DNA of 64,000 bases from Candidatus Altimarinota bacterium (GTDB lineage: Bacteria > Patescibacteriota > Gracilibacteria > 1-14-2-50-48-13): assembly GCA_046314355.1 (NCBI GenBank), contig JBKBWQ010000001.1:384001-448000 (forward strand), in the 5' to 3' direction. The notes under the pieces were generated by a model, which worked only from the letters and a program-made list of their open reading frames with translations, was not told the origin of the DNA and searched no databases. Positions 52,110 to 62,038 of the stretch are shown in pieces; within the stretch, counting starts at the first letter, position 1, and the number at the start of each line of letters is the position of its first letter. The translations under genes and the position numbers were made by a program.

Positions 52110-53105
52110 TTATCTCAAAAACCCAACCTTCTGATACACATCAGCAAGCATAACTCCTGCTCTCAATTCAGCCTCTTTTCTCCCCTCCTCTAGGACATGC
52201 ATAACAAAACTTCTATCCTCCTGAAGCTTCATATATTTCTGCTGAATCGGCTCAATAGTTTCTACCACGAACTCAGCAAGATCAGACTTGAAATCTCCAT
52301 ATCCTTTCCCTTCATAAAGCTGCTCGATTTCATCAAATGATTTACCTGAAAGAATATTGTAGATAGTCATAAGATTTGCTACCCCCGCTCTGGACTTATC
52401 ATATTTAATAGTTCCCTCTGAATCTGTCACAGCACTCTTTACTTTTTTTCGCAGAACATCAGGGATATCAAACATTAGAAGTGAATCCTTAGGATTAGTC
52501 TCAGATTTTGACATTTTAGACTGTGGATTTTGAAGTCCCTTGATTCTGGCTCCCTGTTCTTCGATATGTGGTTCCGGTATGATGAATGTCTCTCCATAAA
52601 CCTTATTGAATCTCTCAGCTATATCACGTGCGATCTCAATATGCTGCTTCTGATCATCACCCACTGGCACTACATTCGACCGATAAAGAAGAATGTCTGC
52701 TGCCATCAAAATAGGATACGTAAAAAGTCCCACATTGATATTTTCAGGATTTTTTAAAGACTTGTCCTTGAACTGAGTCATACGATTCATCTCACCCATA
52801 TAGGTAAAACAGCTAAGCACCCATGCCAGTTCTGCATGTGCAGAGACCTGAGACTGAACAAATATTTTATTCTTGGTAATATCAAGACCACAGGCTATAT
52901 AAAAAGCTGCTAGATTAAAAGTCCTCTCCTTTAATTGCTTTGGATCCTGCCTTGCAGTGATACTATGAAGATCAGGAATAAAGAATAAGCAGTCAAACTC
53001 TTCCTGCATCAGTGCCCAGTTACGCACAGCTCCTATATAATTCCCTATCGTAAAATCTCCGGAGGGTTTTACTCCGCTGAGCATAACTGGCTTTGACTGT
53101 GACAT
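52110..53105 (-). CDS. trpS: Tryptophan--tRNA ligase
   Basis: SGVKPSG..TIGNYIGA, YPILMAADIL, VPVGDDQKQH, KMSKS; start set to ATG 53105. Confidence 0.97.
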   Translation of the reverse strand: MSQSKPVMLSGVKPSGDFTIGNYIGAVRNWALMQEEFDCLFFIPDLHSITARQDPKQLKERTFNLAAFYIACGLDITKNKIFVQSQVSAHAELAWVLSCFTYMGEMNRMTQFKDKSLKNPENINVGLFTYPILMAADILLYRSNVVPVGDDQKQHIEIARDIAERFNKVYGETFIIPEPHIEEQGARIKGLQNPQSKMSKSETNPKDSLLMFDIPDVLRKKVKSAVTDSEGTIKYDKSRAGVANLMTIYNILSGKSFDEIEQLYEGKGYGDFKSDLAEFVVETIEPIQQKYMKLQEDRSFVMHVLEEGRKEAELRAGVMLADVYQKVGFLR

Positions 53106-53285
53106 ACCTTGGTAATTAGTTAATATGTACAATGAATATAGTGAGTTTTATTGATGAAGGCAAAGTAATTCAATAATTCAGTAATTGAGTAATTATGTAA
53201 GAAAGTAAGAAAGGATGACTCAGGAGAATTTCTATGCTTATCTCCTTGAGCCTTCCTTCAATTACTGAATTACTCTCTTACTCAA

Positions 53286-53603
53286 TTACTTTTCCCCGTT
53301 CTCTTTTCTTTCAATGGAAATAGTAAGGTGAGATGCGAGTGCAGCAATAGCGGCAACTGCAGACCAGAAAGGGATAAGGAGAACTCCTACCACTCCAATA
53401 GTCATAGGAAAATCCAGGAGGACTTTTCCTGCATTATTTTTAATAGTAATCTTTCTGATATTACCTTCCCGAAGCAATTCCTTTAGCTTTTCAATAAGAC
53501 TGTCGCCTTTGATTGAAAAATCCTCTGTATAGGATGCATTCTCCTTTTTAGTATCTTCAGTTTTACTCTCATCGCTAGTTTTATTCGTATTGCTTCGTGC
53601 CAT
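53286..53603 (-). CDS. DUF4342-domain protein
   Basis: LIEKLKELLREGNIRKITIK..LLDFPMTIGVVG..TISIER. Confidence 0.85.
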   Translation of the reverse strand: MARSNTNKTSDESKTEDTKKENASYTEDFSIKGDSLIEKLKELLREGNIRKITIKNNAGKVLLDFPMTIGVVGVLLIPFWSAVAAIAALASHLTISIERKENGEK

Positions 53604-53686
53604 AGTATAAAGTATGTTAGAAAAAATCATCTGCGTCTATAAAGAGTATATTCAGTTCTTTCTATTTCATCAATACCACTTTCCAT

Positions 53687-53932
53687 ATGGTACAGCCTGG
53701 GCAAATCTACCGTCATTATAAAGGAAAAGAGTACAAGATTCTCACCACTGCTAAACTAGAAGCAACTTTGGAAGATGTTGTAGTCTATGAAGGGCAATAC
53801 GAAGATACTGAGTTCGGTAAACATCCAGTATGGGTACGTCCACTTTCAAGTTTTATGGAAATTGTTCAGATTGAAAAAGATAATGGGCAGATAGAAACTA
53901 TTAGAAGATTTACTCAAGTTGGGTCAAGGTAG
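53687..53932 (+). CDS. DUF1653-domain protein
   Basis: G.IYRHYKGK.Y..E..VVY..WVRP..F...RRF. Confidence 0.9.
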   Translation: MVQPGQIYRHYKGKEYKILTTAKLEATLEDVVVYEGQYEDTEFGKHPVWVRPLSSFMEIVQIEKDNGQIETIRRFTQVGSR

Positions 53933-54000
53933 TTAAAAGAACATTGACACATTTTTTGAGAGTAGTAACATATGCCGGTTTATCCCCGCAACTATTACAT

Positions 54001-54693
54001 ATGAAGCCAGAGTCTGATCCGTTGAATGATATAAGTGATAATGAAGAATCTACAAATACAGTACTAGTGAATGAAGAAAATATAGGAGATGATGGTGATC
54101 TGTTAAGTCCGATACTTATATATGGATTAATAATGGTAATAACCATTACGGCTGGGGTTACATATAAAATAAATACTTTACTTAAAAAGCCCGATTCACC
54201 TGATTCTGTCATGCAGGAGACTCTACAGGCAATCAATAAAGGATATGTGTCTGAGAGTGAGATGACTGTTTTAAGTGCAAAGCTGCACAAACAATTAAGT
54301 ATTCATAAGGATAATACTCAACTTATGCTGCACCTTGGTGATCTTTACAGAACTAATTTTGAATATAGGAAAGCATATCTACAATATCAGCTTGCCGCTG
54401 ACTCAAAGGATCAGAATGAAGCAGTAATGGCAATAGCTTCAATTAACGGTCTACTTGTTGATGCTTTTCCTAAATCTTTTAGAGATTCTTCAAAGAAAGG
54501 CATCTCTGAAGAAGTAAGAAAGGATTGCCTCTCTCATCCAGAGAAAGAAACACCTGAGTGCACAAAAATAACATTTTCTACATTCTGTGCAAAAGAACAG
54601 CATCAAAGAATTATGAAAAATTGTCAGCTCTTTAAAGAACCCTATGAAGTTACTGAAAAATCTACTACCTCACTTTCTACCTCTGATAAGTAA
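54001..54693 (+). CDS. Hypothetical membrane-anchored protein with TPR-like helix pair
   Basis: One TM, LGDLY..AY.QY; start set to ATG 54001. Confidence 0.6.
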   Translation: MKPESDPLNDISDNEESTNTVLVNEENIGDDGDLLSPILIYGLIMVITITAGVTYKINTLLKKPDSPDSVMQETLQAINKGYVSESEMTVLSAKLHKQLSIHKDNTQLMLHLGDLYRTNFEYRKAYLQYQLAADSKDQNEAVMAIASINGLLVDAFPKSFRDSSKKGISEEVRKDCLSHPEKETPECTKITFSTFCAKEQHQRIMKNCQLFKEPYEVTEKSTTSLSTSDK

Positions 54694-55879
54694 TCCTATA
54701 CACAACTCCAGCCTGATCATCAGAGACAAGCATTGATCCGTCAGGCAGTACCTGTACATCTACAGGTCTTCCCCATACCTTTCCATCTTTGAGCCATCCC
54801 GTTGCAAAATCCTCATAGGAGGAGGCAGTATTGCCATTGAGTTTTACAAGAGAAATCTTATACCCTACTGGTACAGAACTATTCCATGAACCATGCTGAG
54901 CAATAAAGATTTGATCTTTGTACTCTGCGGGAAATAAATTACCAGTATAGAATCTCATCCCCAAGGCTGCCATATGAGCTCCAAGCTTTTGTACCGGAGC
55001 TATATAATCGGCGCAGTTTTTTCCTTTTCCAAATTCTCTATCTAAAAGATCTCCACCATGACAATATGGGAATCCAAAATTTAATCCTGCCTTTTCAGCA
55101 CGGTTGAGTTCATCTGGAGGAAGATTATCCCCTAAAAGATCACGTCCGTTATCCGTAAACCAGAGTTCATCTGTACCTGGCTTCCAGTCAAATCCCACAG
55201 TATTTCTGACTCCTGTTGCAAATACTTCCTTTCCTGTTCCATCAAGATTCATGCGTGTAATATTTTCATAGGTACTATCTCTCTCGCACACATTACATGG
55301 AGCTCCTACAGGGATGTAGAGTTTTTTATCCGGACCAATGGCTATGAATTTCCAACCATGATAGGTCTCTTTAGGATAGGAGTCATTAATAACTCTAAAG
55401 AGTGCATTCTCCTTTATATTCTGATCAATATTTTCAAATTTAAGAATCCTGCTAATCTCAGCTACATAAAGATTTCCATCTAGATATGCTACTCCATTTG
55501 GCTGATTTAATCCTTTGGCAATAATAGTTGTCTTGTCGGCTACTCCATCTTTATTTGTATCCTGCAGTGCGTATACTACTCCTTTTTCTTTTGTACCTAC
55601 AAATACCGTCCCCTCTTTACCAAGAGTAAGTGACCTTGCACCATCTATATCCTTAGCAAATAAACTGATGGAAAAACCATCAGGGAGTTTGATAGAATCA
55701 AGAGGCAGATCAGTGTCTATGGCATTTACTGGAGGTAATGTCTCGTTACTATTCATATTAACATTTCCAGACATCAGATTTGAATTCATCTGTCTCATCT
55801 CAGTACTAGATGGTGCGCATGCACTGAAAAATAGGAGGCTTCCAAGCAGGAGGCTGAACTTGATATTCCGTATAATCAT
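54677..55879 (-). CDS. Glucose/sorbosone dehydrogenase family lipoprotein
   Basis: Lipobox SAC; LPDGF.I.LFA, HGWKFI..GPD, GAPCNVC, GVRNTVG, HGSWN, GRPVDV, VSDD. Confidence 0.9.
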   Translation of the reverse strand: MIIRNIKFSLLLGSLLFFSACAPSSTEMRQMNSNLMSGNVNMNSNETLPPVNAIDTDLPLDSIKLPDGFSISLFAKDIDGARSLTLGKEGTVFVGTKEKGVVYALQDTNKDGVADKTTIIAKGLNQPNGVAYLDGNLYVAEISRILKFENIDQNIKENALFRVINDSYPKETYHGWKFIAIGPDKKLYIPVGAPCNVCERDSTYENITRMNLDGTGKEVFATGVRNTVGFDWKPGTDELWFTDNGRDLLGDNLPPDELNRAEKAGLNFGFPYCHGGDLLDREFGKGKNCADYIAPVQKLGAHMAALGMRFYTGNLFPAEYKDQIFIAQHGSWNSSVPVGYKISLVKLNGNTASSYEDFATGWLKDGKVWGRPVDVQVLPDGSMLVSDDQAGVVYRITYQR

Positions 55880-55959
55880 AGTGAGAATTGCTAAGGATGA
55901 TCTGAAATCATACCACAGCAAAAATATTTTTCCAGTAGTTTAAGGAAATCGTAACTACA

Positions 55960-56958
55960 CTAGAGTGTATTTATAAGCTTACCATCATAAAAAGACTGAA
56001 TAGTTTCCGATGTGGTTTGAATAATTCTTTCAAGTGCCTCCTTACTGTAAAAACCAATATGCGGCGTAAATACGACATTTTCCATCTTCATGATCATGTC
56101 ATCTCGAGAAAGAGTTTCAAGCGCTTTCGTATTCCCTTTCTCCCGCAGCAGCTCCTTGTCTTCCCGAATAAATTCCTCTCCCTCAAGCACATCTAATCCT
56201 GCACCTGAGAGGATGTTCTTCTCAAGAGCTTCAAGCAAGGCATCTGTATCCACCACCGCTCCTCTTGCAGTATTTATCAGTATTGCTCCTTTTTTTATAT
56301 ATCCAATGCGTTCTTTATTAATCAGATGATGTGTATGGGCATTATAAGGCACATGCAGCGTAATAATATCCGAACACTGCAGGATATCATTGATTTCTGC
56401 ATATTCAAATCCCATGACTTCCGCCATAAAAGTATCCTTCTTTACATCAAAGGCTTTCACATGCATACCAAAACCTTTTGCAATACGGATAACATGCAGT
56501 CCTATCCTGCCCGCACCGATGACTCCTAATGTTTTTCCTTTTAGATCGAATCCTTCAAGTCCTTTAATAGAAAAATCCCCTTGTAGAGTACGCATATAAG
56601 ATTTATGCACATTTCTAGAAAGAGAAAGTATGAGTGCAAAGGTATGTTCCGCCACGGTATTTTCTCCATAGAAAGGGACATTTGCAGCTGCTATATTTCT
56701 TTTTTTACACTCCACAAGATCGATATGATCGTATCCAGTAGATCTTGTGGTCACTAACTTAAGATTTGGTAAAAGATCGAGGACATCTTTTGTAACCTCA
56801 GAGTATATAAAGACAGAAATAATCTCTGCATCAGCAAATTCAGCAGCATTCTCTGCGGAGAGAGATTCGTTTACAAACTCTATAGTCTCCGCCTGTGGAA
56901 AAAATTTATAGAGATTCTGTCTATCATGCTCTTCACAGTCAAAGAAAACGATCCTCAT
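55960..56958 (-). CDS. D-isomer-specific 2-hydroxyacid dehydrogenase (D-lactate dehydrogenase-like)
   Basis: TRSTGYDHID, VAEH, GAGRIG, INTARG, LDVLEGE, TPHIGFYS. Confidence 0.92.
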   Translation of the reverse strand: MRIVFFDCEEHDRQNLYKFFPQAETIEFVNESLSAENAAEFADAEIISVFIYSEVTKDVLDLLPNLKLVTTRSTGYDHIDLVECKKRNIAAANVPFYGENTVAEHTFALILSLSRNVHKSYMRTLQGDFSIKGLEGFDLKGKTLGVIGAGRIGLHVIRIAKGFGMHVKAFDVKKDTFMAEVMGFEYAEINDILQCSDIITLHVPYNAHTHHLINKERIGYIKKGAILINTARGAVVDTDALLEALEKNILSGAGLDVLEGEEFIREDKELLREKGNTKALETLSRDDMIMKMENVVFTPHIGFYSKEALERIIQTTSETIQSFYDGKLINTL

Positions 56959-57012
56959 ATAATCGGAAAAATTAAATATTCATTATAGTTTATCATAGTT
57001 CTATCTATTACT

Positions 57013-57909
57013 CTATGCCCCCTTTGGACAAAGTACAGAAATAGCCTTTGGTACAACTGTGATTTCAACAGGAGTGCTGCCTATGATCTCTCCATCTGCA
57101 TGTACCGGCAGCTTCTTCTTACAGTCTATTTTTACTTCCTTACAGGACTGAGAAAAATACAGCTTTTTGCTTACTTTAAATTTAGTAAAAAAGAAGTTGA
57201 GGGTAAGTCTTACGTAATCGAGCAGAGTTTTAGGTCGTGCTGCACAGACATCTATTCTGCCGTCGATCATCGAAATGGATTCTCCAAAACTCAGTCCCAT
57301 ACCCAAAAATACATCTGTATTTGCTATAATAATGTCAGCAGCCTTGAGTTCTACAGGTTTATCATCCAGCAGCAGCCGGTATCTTCTTGATTTATGTGCA
57401 AAAACTTTACCCAGCCCAATGAAAATATACATTAATCTTCCAAAAAGTTTCTTATGCTGCTGAGTGGCTTCTTTGGTTACTTCAGAGCTAAGGCCAATAG
57501 TGATTTGCAGAAAGTAATATTCATTCATACACTTCATTGCATCCAGTTTAAGTGTGGTGTCTGATTCTGCGCATATTTCCAAAGCTCTCCTCACATCTAT
57601 CGGCAGCTGGATAGCTCTTGCAAACACGTTCGCAGTGCCCAGCGGTATAATAGAGAGTATCTGTGAGCTTTTCACTAATTCAGAAGCAACTCCTGCCACA
57701 GTACCATCACCTCCGCATGCAACCACTACATCATATTTTTTCTTTTTAAGTTCTTTTTTCAGCTGATCTTTGATCGATCCTTTATTCAAGGTATAGAGTG
57801 TGTATTTCTTATGAGGATGCACAGCAAATACTTCCTCGATCATTTCAGGAAAACCCTTATCAAGCGCGCTTCCAGAATCAGGATTAATAACAAAGAGAAA
57901 GTTTTGCAT
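57013..57909 (-). CDS. Diacylglycerol/lipid kinase family protein (YegS/BmrU)
   Basis: INPDSG, GGDGTV, PLGTANVFA, DGE. Confidence 0.92.
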   Translation of the reverse strand: MQNFLFVINPDSGSALDKGFPEMIEEVFAVHPHKKYTLYTLNKGSIKDQLKKELKKKKYDVVVACGGDGTVAGVASELVKSSQILSIIPLGTANVFARAIQLPIDVRRALEICAESDTTLKLDAMKCMNEYYFLQITIGLSSEVTKEATQQHKKLFGRLMYIFIGLGKVFAHKSRRYRLLLDDKPVELKAADIIIANTDVFLGMGLSFGESISMIDGRIDVCAARPKTLLDYVRLTLNFFFTKFKVSKKLYFSQSCKEVKIDCKKKLPVHADGEIIGSTPVEITVVPKAISVLCPKGA

Positions 57910-57990
57910 ACGGAAAAGTTCAGATATTGATGTTCCTAGTGTACATTGGATTTCTAAAAATGAAACAATTAGTTTATTGAGCAGAGATAA

Positions 57991-58018
57991 TTGACATATT
58001 AATATATTATTTTATAAT
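57991..58018 (+). promoter_or_regulatory. Sigma-70-type promoter for the SLH gene
   Basis: TTGACA-N16-TATAAT. Confidence 0.55.
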
Positions 58019-58123
58019 ACACATAATTATATAATTTTATCCATTACCAAAACAAATATACATAAAAATGTAACCTTTTAGAAAACCGCACGTTTAAAAC
58101 TATATATACCTTTTCTCACCCCT

Positions 58124-60160
58124 ATGAAAAAGTTCCTTAGTACATTTCTTTTACTTTGTATAGCAAGTACCTCTATCCTTTCTGGAGAGTCTATATCTGA
58201 AGTAAAAGCAGCAGGTCCCTTCTCCGATGTAGACAGCAGCAATACCTATTATGATGCCCTCTCCTATCTGCAGGAAGAAGGAATCTTAAAAGGAAATCCT
58301 GACGGAACATTTAAGCCTTACAGCACACTCAACCGTGCAGAATTTGTAACTATCATCGTGAGAGCACAGCATCTGGATACAGGCGGCTGCAGCATTAGCT
58401 CTGATGTATTTCCAGATGTTGGACGGGACCAATGGTATGCGGCATCTATTTGTTATGCATATAAAAGCGGCCTAGTAACTGGATATCCGGATGGAACATT
58501 CCGTCCCACTAGCCCTATTTCTTTTGTGGAGGCAGCAAAGATACTTACCCCAGATTATTTAAAGGAATATTATGACTACCCTGCAAATCCGTGGTATGAA
58601 GCTCCTGTTGAGTATTTAGAATCTGAGTCTGCTATTCCTACAAGTATTTCAAGCTTTGATCAAAGAATCATCCGAGGCGAAATGGCAGAAATACTCTACC
58701 GAACACGAACATCTGGATATAGGAATAAATATGGTGTTCAAAATCCAGTATCACTCTCATACGAGCAGTTAGGTCATCTCTCTGACCAAAACAGTACTTA
58801 CTCAAACACGACATACGGTTTTTCATTTCAGCTCCCAAATGACCTTCAGGGATATAAAATTGCCAATGAAAAGACAAATCCTTTTGAGGGTGTAGGATTT
58901 AGCTCTACTGCTGAACCAATAGATGCGGATACACTCATATTCTATATGAACCCAAGTGAAAAGCCGGCTGCCACTGAGTTATTTAGGATTCATGCAGTGA
59001 CATTAACGCAAAAAGCTCTCTTTGAGAAAAATATAGAAAATACTCAGTATGGAATGGGAGAGACTACACCTGAGTTATTAACTACGACAAACTCTCATGC
59101 ATTTTTTATTGATATGCAGTCAGATGTAGCATCAGACGGAAGATATACTTCTACTTTCCGTAAGAGTACCTGGGGATATAATCGCATCAAATCCTTCATA
59201 CAGAATACAGTACAAATCACACAAACAGGAACTACTAGTAATACCACCTTTACTCTCAGCTCTTCCAATGAACAATTGCAAATCTGGGAAGATAGTGGCA
59301 GTGGTTACTGCGAAGGTGATCGTCTATATAAAGGAACTTATACAATATCCGTAGAACAAAATAAGCTCAATATAGGAGAACATACTTTCCTCGGAGGAGG
59401 AGAAAATGCATGTGATTATTATAATGAAGAACACAGGAAAGTTGATGTTGTTCGTATGGATAATGGAAAGCTCTATGGTTTTGCGTATAGTGAGTCATAT
59501 AAAGCTAAAAAAGTAATTGCTGTTGTATACGATCCGCAAAGCAAAATATTAAAGCAAGTAAATTTTTATGATGAGAACGGACAAATTTACAATAATACTT
59601 CTTTGAATTCTGATACCCTAGGCATGTATTCCAGTAATTCTGAGGCAGAGAAGAACGACAAATATATTACTTTTCATACCTATCCGTGTTGCGGATCAGC
59701 AGGTTTTTATGGAGAGGAGTATTTCCAACCAGCAGATAGCGATCCGTCTATTCTCATCCTCAGAAAATTTACTACAGGACAGAATGAAAATGAGACTTCT
59801 TTTGAAGATGGTGGGGTCATAGAAGGAGCAGAACCACAGGATGCAGCACTTGCCACAGTATATAGATTTTACAGAGCCCTTCGTTACGCAGACGGAGCGA
59901 AAGCCGTACAGGAAGTAGTTCCTGAAAAAAGAGAAACAGGTGCCTATAAATCCTCTGAGATATCAGACACTTATAGTAGTTGGAATCTGGCAATGGCACT
60001 ACATCTTATTGAATTGAAGAAAGTAGATTCAAAAACCATTTCTGTAGTATACAAATATGCAACAGACACTAGGACATGTGAAGATAAAGCTACTGTATCA
60101 CTTAGGCAAGATGGAGATAAATTTTTTATTGAAAAAATTGTCCCTGAAAAAGGATGCTAA
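58124..60160 (+). CDS. Secreted N-terminal SLH protein with multiple variable domains
   Basis: Signal peptide; GNPDGTFKP..LNRAEF, GYPDGTFRP, RGEMAE. Confidence 0.87.
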   Translation: MKKFLSTFLLLCIASTSILSGESISEVKAAGPFSDVDSSNTYYDALSYLQEEGILKGNPDGTFKPYSTLNRAEFVTIIVRAQHLDTGGCSISSDVFPDVGRDQWYAASICYAYKSGLVTGYPDGTFRPTSPISFVEAAKILTPDYLKEYYDYPANPWYEAPVEYLESESAIPTSISSFDQRIIRGEMAEILYRTRTSGYRNKYGVQNPVSLSYEQLGHLSDQNSTYSNTTYGFSFQLPNDLQGYKIANEKTNPFEGVGFSSTAEPIDADTLIFYMNPSEKPAATELFRIHAVTLTQKALFEKNIENTQYGMGETTPELLTTTNSHAFFIDMQSDVASDGRYTSTFRKSTWGYNRIKSFIQNTVQITQTGTTSNTTFTLSSSNEQLQIWEDSGSGYCEGDRLYKGTYTISVEQNKLNIGEHTFLGGGENACDYYNEEHRKVDVVRMDNGKLYGFAYSESYKAKKVIAVVYDPQSKILKQVNFYDENGQIYNNTSLNSDTLGMYSSNSEAEKNDKYITFHTYPCCGSAGFYGEEYFQPADSDPSILILRKFTTGQNENETSFEDGGVIEGAEPQDAALATVYRFYRALRYADGAKAVQEVVPEKRETGAYKSSEISDTYSSWNLAMALHLIELKKVDSKTISVVYKYATDTRTCEDKATVSLRQDGDKFFIEKIVPEKGC

Positions 60161-60206
60161 TCCGGTCTCACAATATTATTTTATTCGCAAATTTTATCAT
60201 TACACT

Positions 60207-61034
60207 ATGTTTAAAGAAAGTCACATTCGTATTTACGGCATGATAATCCCAGTAATGCTTCTCGTCACTAGCTGTGGAAACACAGTTCAGAAAATTGATG
60301 TGAAAACTCCAGTCTCAAGCGGTACAACAGTACAAGTAGAAAACTCTAATACAAATCAGGGGATGCAGAGTCAGAACAATAATACAAATGCTATTACTGT
60401 TTCTGATACAGGTACTATTGCTCCTGAGGATCAAAGCACAGAGCCTCCTGAAACACTTAATACATCAAGTACTAAAATAGTATCTTGTATGAATTTCTAT
60501 GAACAAAATCGGGATGAAAAAGCTCTGAAAACGTGGAAAGATCTTCTTGATAAGTTTTATCCTACCTTCCCTGGAGTAATGCCTGGTGAAGTATGTACCC
60601 TTAATACAGGAAATATTTTAGTGACTGCTGCACTAGATGGATACTATATGCCTAGTAATCCTGAAGCTACCATAACACCTCCAGAGAAGCCTTACAAAAA
60701 GGTGATTCTCTTCGATAAGAATAAACGGCACCTTCTTTCTACTACGGGACTCACATGTCCGAATCTTGGAGATACTGGAATACCTACTGTGGATAAAGAA
60801 AAATCATTTAAAGATAATGCAATTATCATAAATTGTTCTGGAGGAGATGCCGGTCATACCTTTAAACAGGTTATACGTGTGAATACAAAAGACTTCTCTT
60901 TCGGTATCATCAAAGAAGTACACACTGGTCCAGCTGAAGGATATATCACTGGTGAAGAAAAGCAGGATTTTATTGAAACCACAAAAGAATTACAGCCGGA
61001 CGGTACATGGAAGGTTACAGAGAAGAAGGTTTAG
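60207..61034 (+). CDS. Hypothetical lipoprotein
   Basis: LVTSC lipobox; start set to ATG 60207. Confidence 0.72.
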   Translation: MFKESHIRIYGMIIPVMLLVTSCGNTVQKIDVKTPVSSGTTVQVENSNTNQGMQSQNNNTNAITVSDTGTIAPEDQSTEPPETLNTSSTKIVSCMNFYEQNRDEKALKTWKDLLDKFYPTFPGVMPGEVCTLNTGNILVTAALDGYYMPSNPEATITPPEKPYKKVILFDKNKRHLLSTTGLTCPNLGDTGIPTVDKEKSFKDNAIIINCSGGDAGHTFKQVIRVNTKDFSFGIIKEVHTGPAEGYITGEEKQDFIETTKELQPDGTWKVTEKKV

Positions 61035-61049
61035 TCCTTTCAAAGTAAT

Positions 61050-61090
61050 AAAAAAATACTCCTCACTTTTCTAAGTGGGAGTATTTTTTT
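61050..61090. terminator. Bidirectional terminator
   Basis: aaaaaatactcc...ggagtattttttt. Confidence 0.78.
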
Positions 61091-61114
61091 GAAAATAATT
61101 TCATTAAACAATAT

Positions 61115-61870
61115 CTATTTTTCAAGAATATATTCTCTAAGCCACCAAAGGAAAGGCTCCGCAAAATCTTTATTTTTCCAATCTAGCTCAGGATGCCACT
61201 GTACACCAAGGATTCCTTTTTCTTTATTAGATACTGCCTCTACAAGACCATCTATCCCCACCGCTTCCACAAATAGTTCCTTTCCCAGATCTTTTATCCC
61301 TTGATGATGATAACTATTCACACTCAATTCTGATTCAGAAAAAATCTCTTTCAATACGCCACCATCTCTTAAGACTACGGGGTGAAAAGTATGCTCAATC
61401 TGCTCAATGTCTTTTTCGATAAAGCTTCCTGTGGAGGATTTGATATGAGTATGCCAGTCTTCTTCCTCGAGATGCTGGTAAAGCGTACCCCCTAAAGAAA
61501 TATTGATCATCTGAAGCCCTCTGCATATCCCAAAAACAGGAATATTTCTTTCAAAAGCATAACGTATAAGCGCCAGTTCATAATAGTCGCGAAAAGGTTG
61601 TACCCCCTGAGTATTTTCCTCTTCTTCTCCATACATAACCGCAGAGATATCATTGCCGCCCTGAAGAATGATTCCAGCAAATTCTTCTATAGAAAAGAGA
61701 TCCTCAACATAATCCTGTGCATCTTTGTATGAACTTAGATCAGTTGAGTAAAAGGCAAGCACAGGAAGTATTCCCTGCTCTATTAGAAACTCTCCAATGG
61801 AATTGGTAGCAAAACTTCTATACGTATTTCCAAGCTGAAAAAAACGTGGAGCAATGAGAACTTTCTTCAT
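61115..61870 (-). CDS. Peptidase C26 (gamma-glutamyl-GABA hydrolase-like glutamine amidotransferase)
   Basis: LQGG.DI, RD.YE, GICRGLQ, GGTLYQ, VNSYHHQ, GVQWHPE. Confidence 0.92.
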   Translation of the reverse strand: MKKVLIAPRFFQLGNTYRSFATNSIGEFLIEQGILPVLAFYSTDLSSYKDAQDYVEDLFSIEEFAGIILQGGNDISAVMYGEEEENTQGVQPFRDYYELALIRYAFERNIPVFGICRGLQMINISLGGTLYQHLEEEDWHTHIKSSTGSFIEKDIEQIEHTFHPVVLRDGGVLKEIFSESELSVNSYHHQGIKDLGKELFVEAVGIDGLVEAVSNKEKGILGVQWHPELDWKNKDFAEPFLWWLREYILEK

Positions 61871-62038
61871 AGAAGGAAAAGTAGATAACGGATTCTATTA
61901 TACGTGCATCTGGAAAAGTGCAAGCTAAGGTTTTTCAAGAGGCTGTAAAAACATAGCAACTGCAGTATATTTCTGTATTTCTTATTCCATTTTTCTATTT
62001 CTTCAGTACCATAAAGCTCAAGTTTACAATGAATATTT

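Noticed and set aside
53110-53290. T-box leader upstream of trpS (also checked for alaS and hisS)
   Set aside because: No T-box GGTGGNACCGCG motif. The hairpins lie upstream of a TTGCCT-N17-TATATT promoter and fit a terminator/repeat after the DUF4342 gene.
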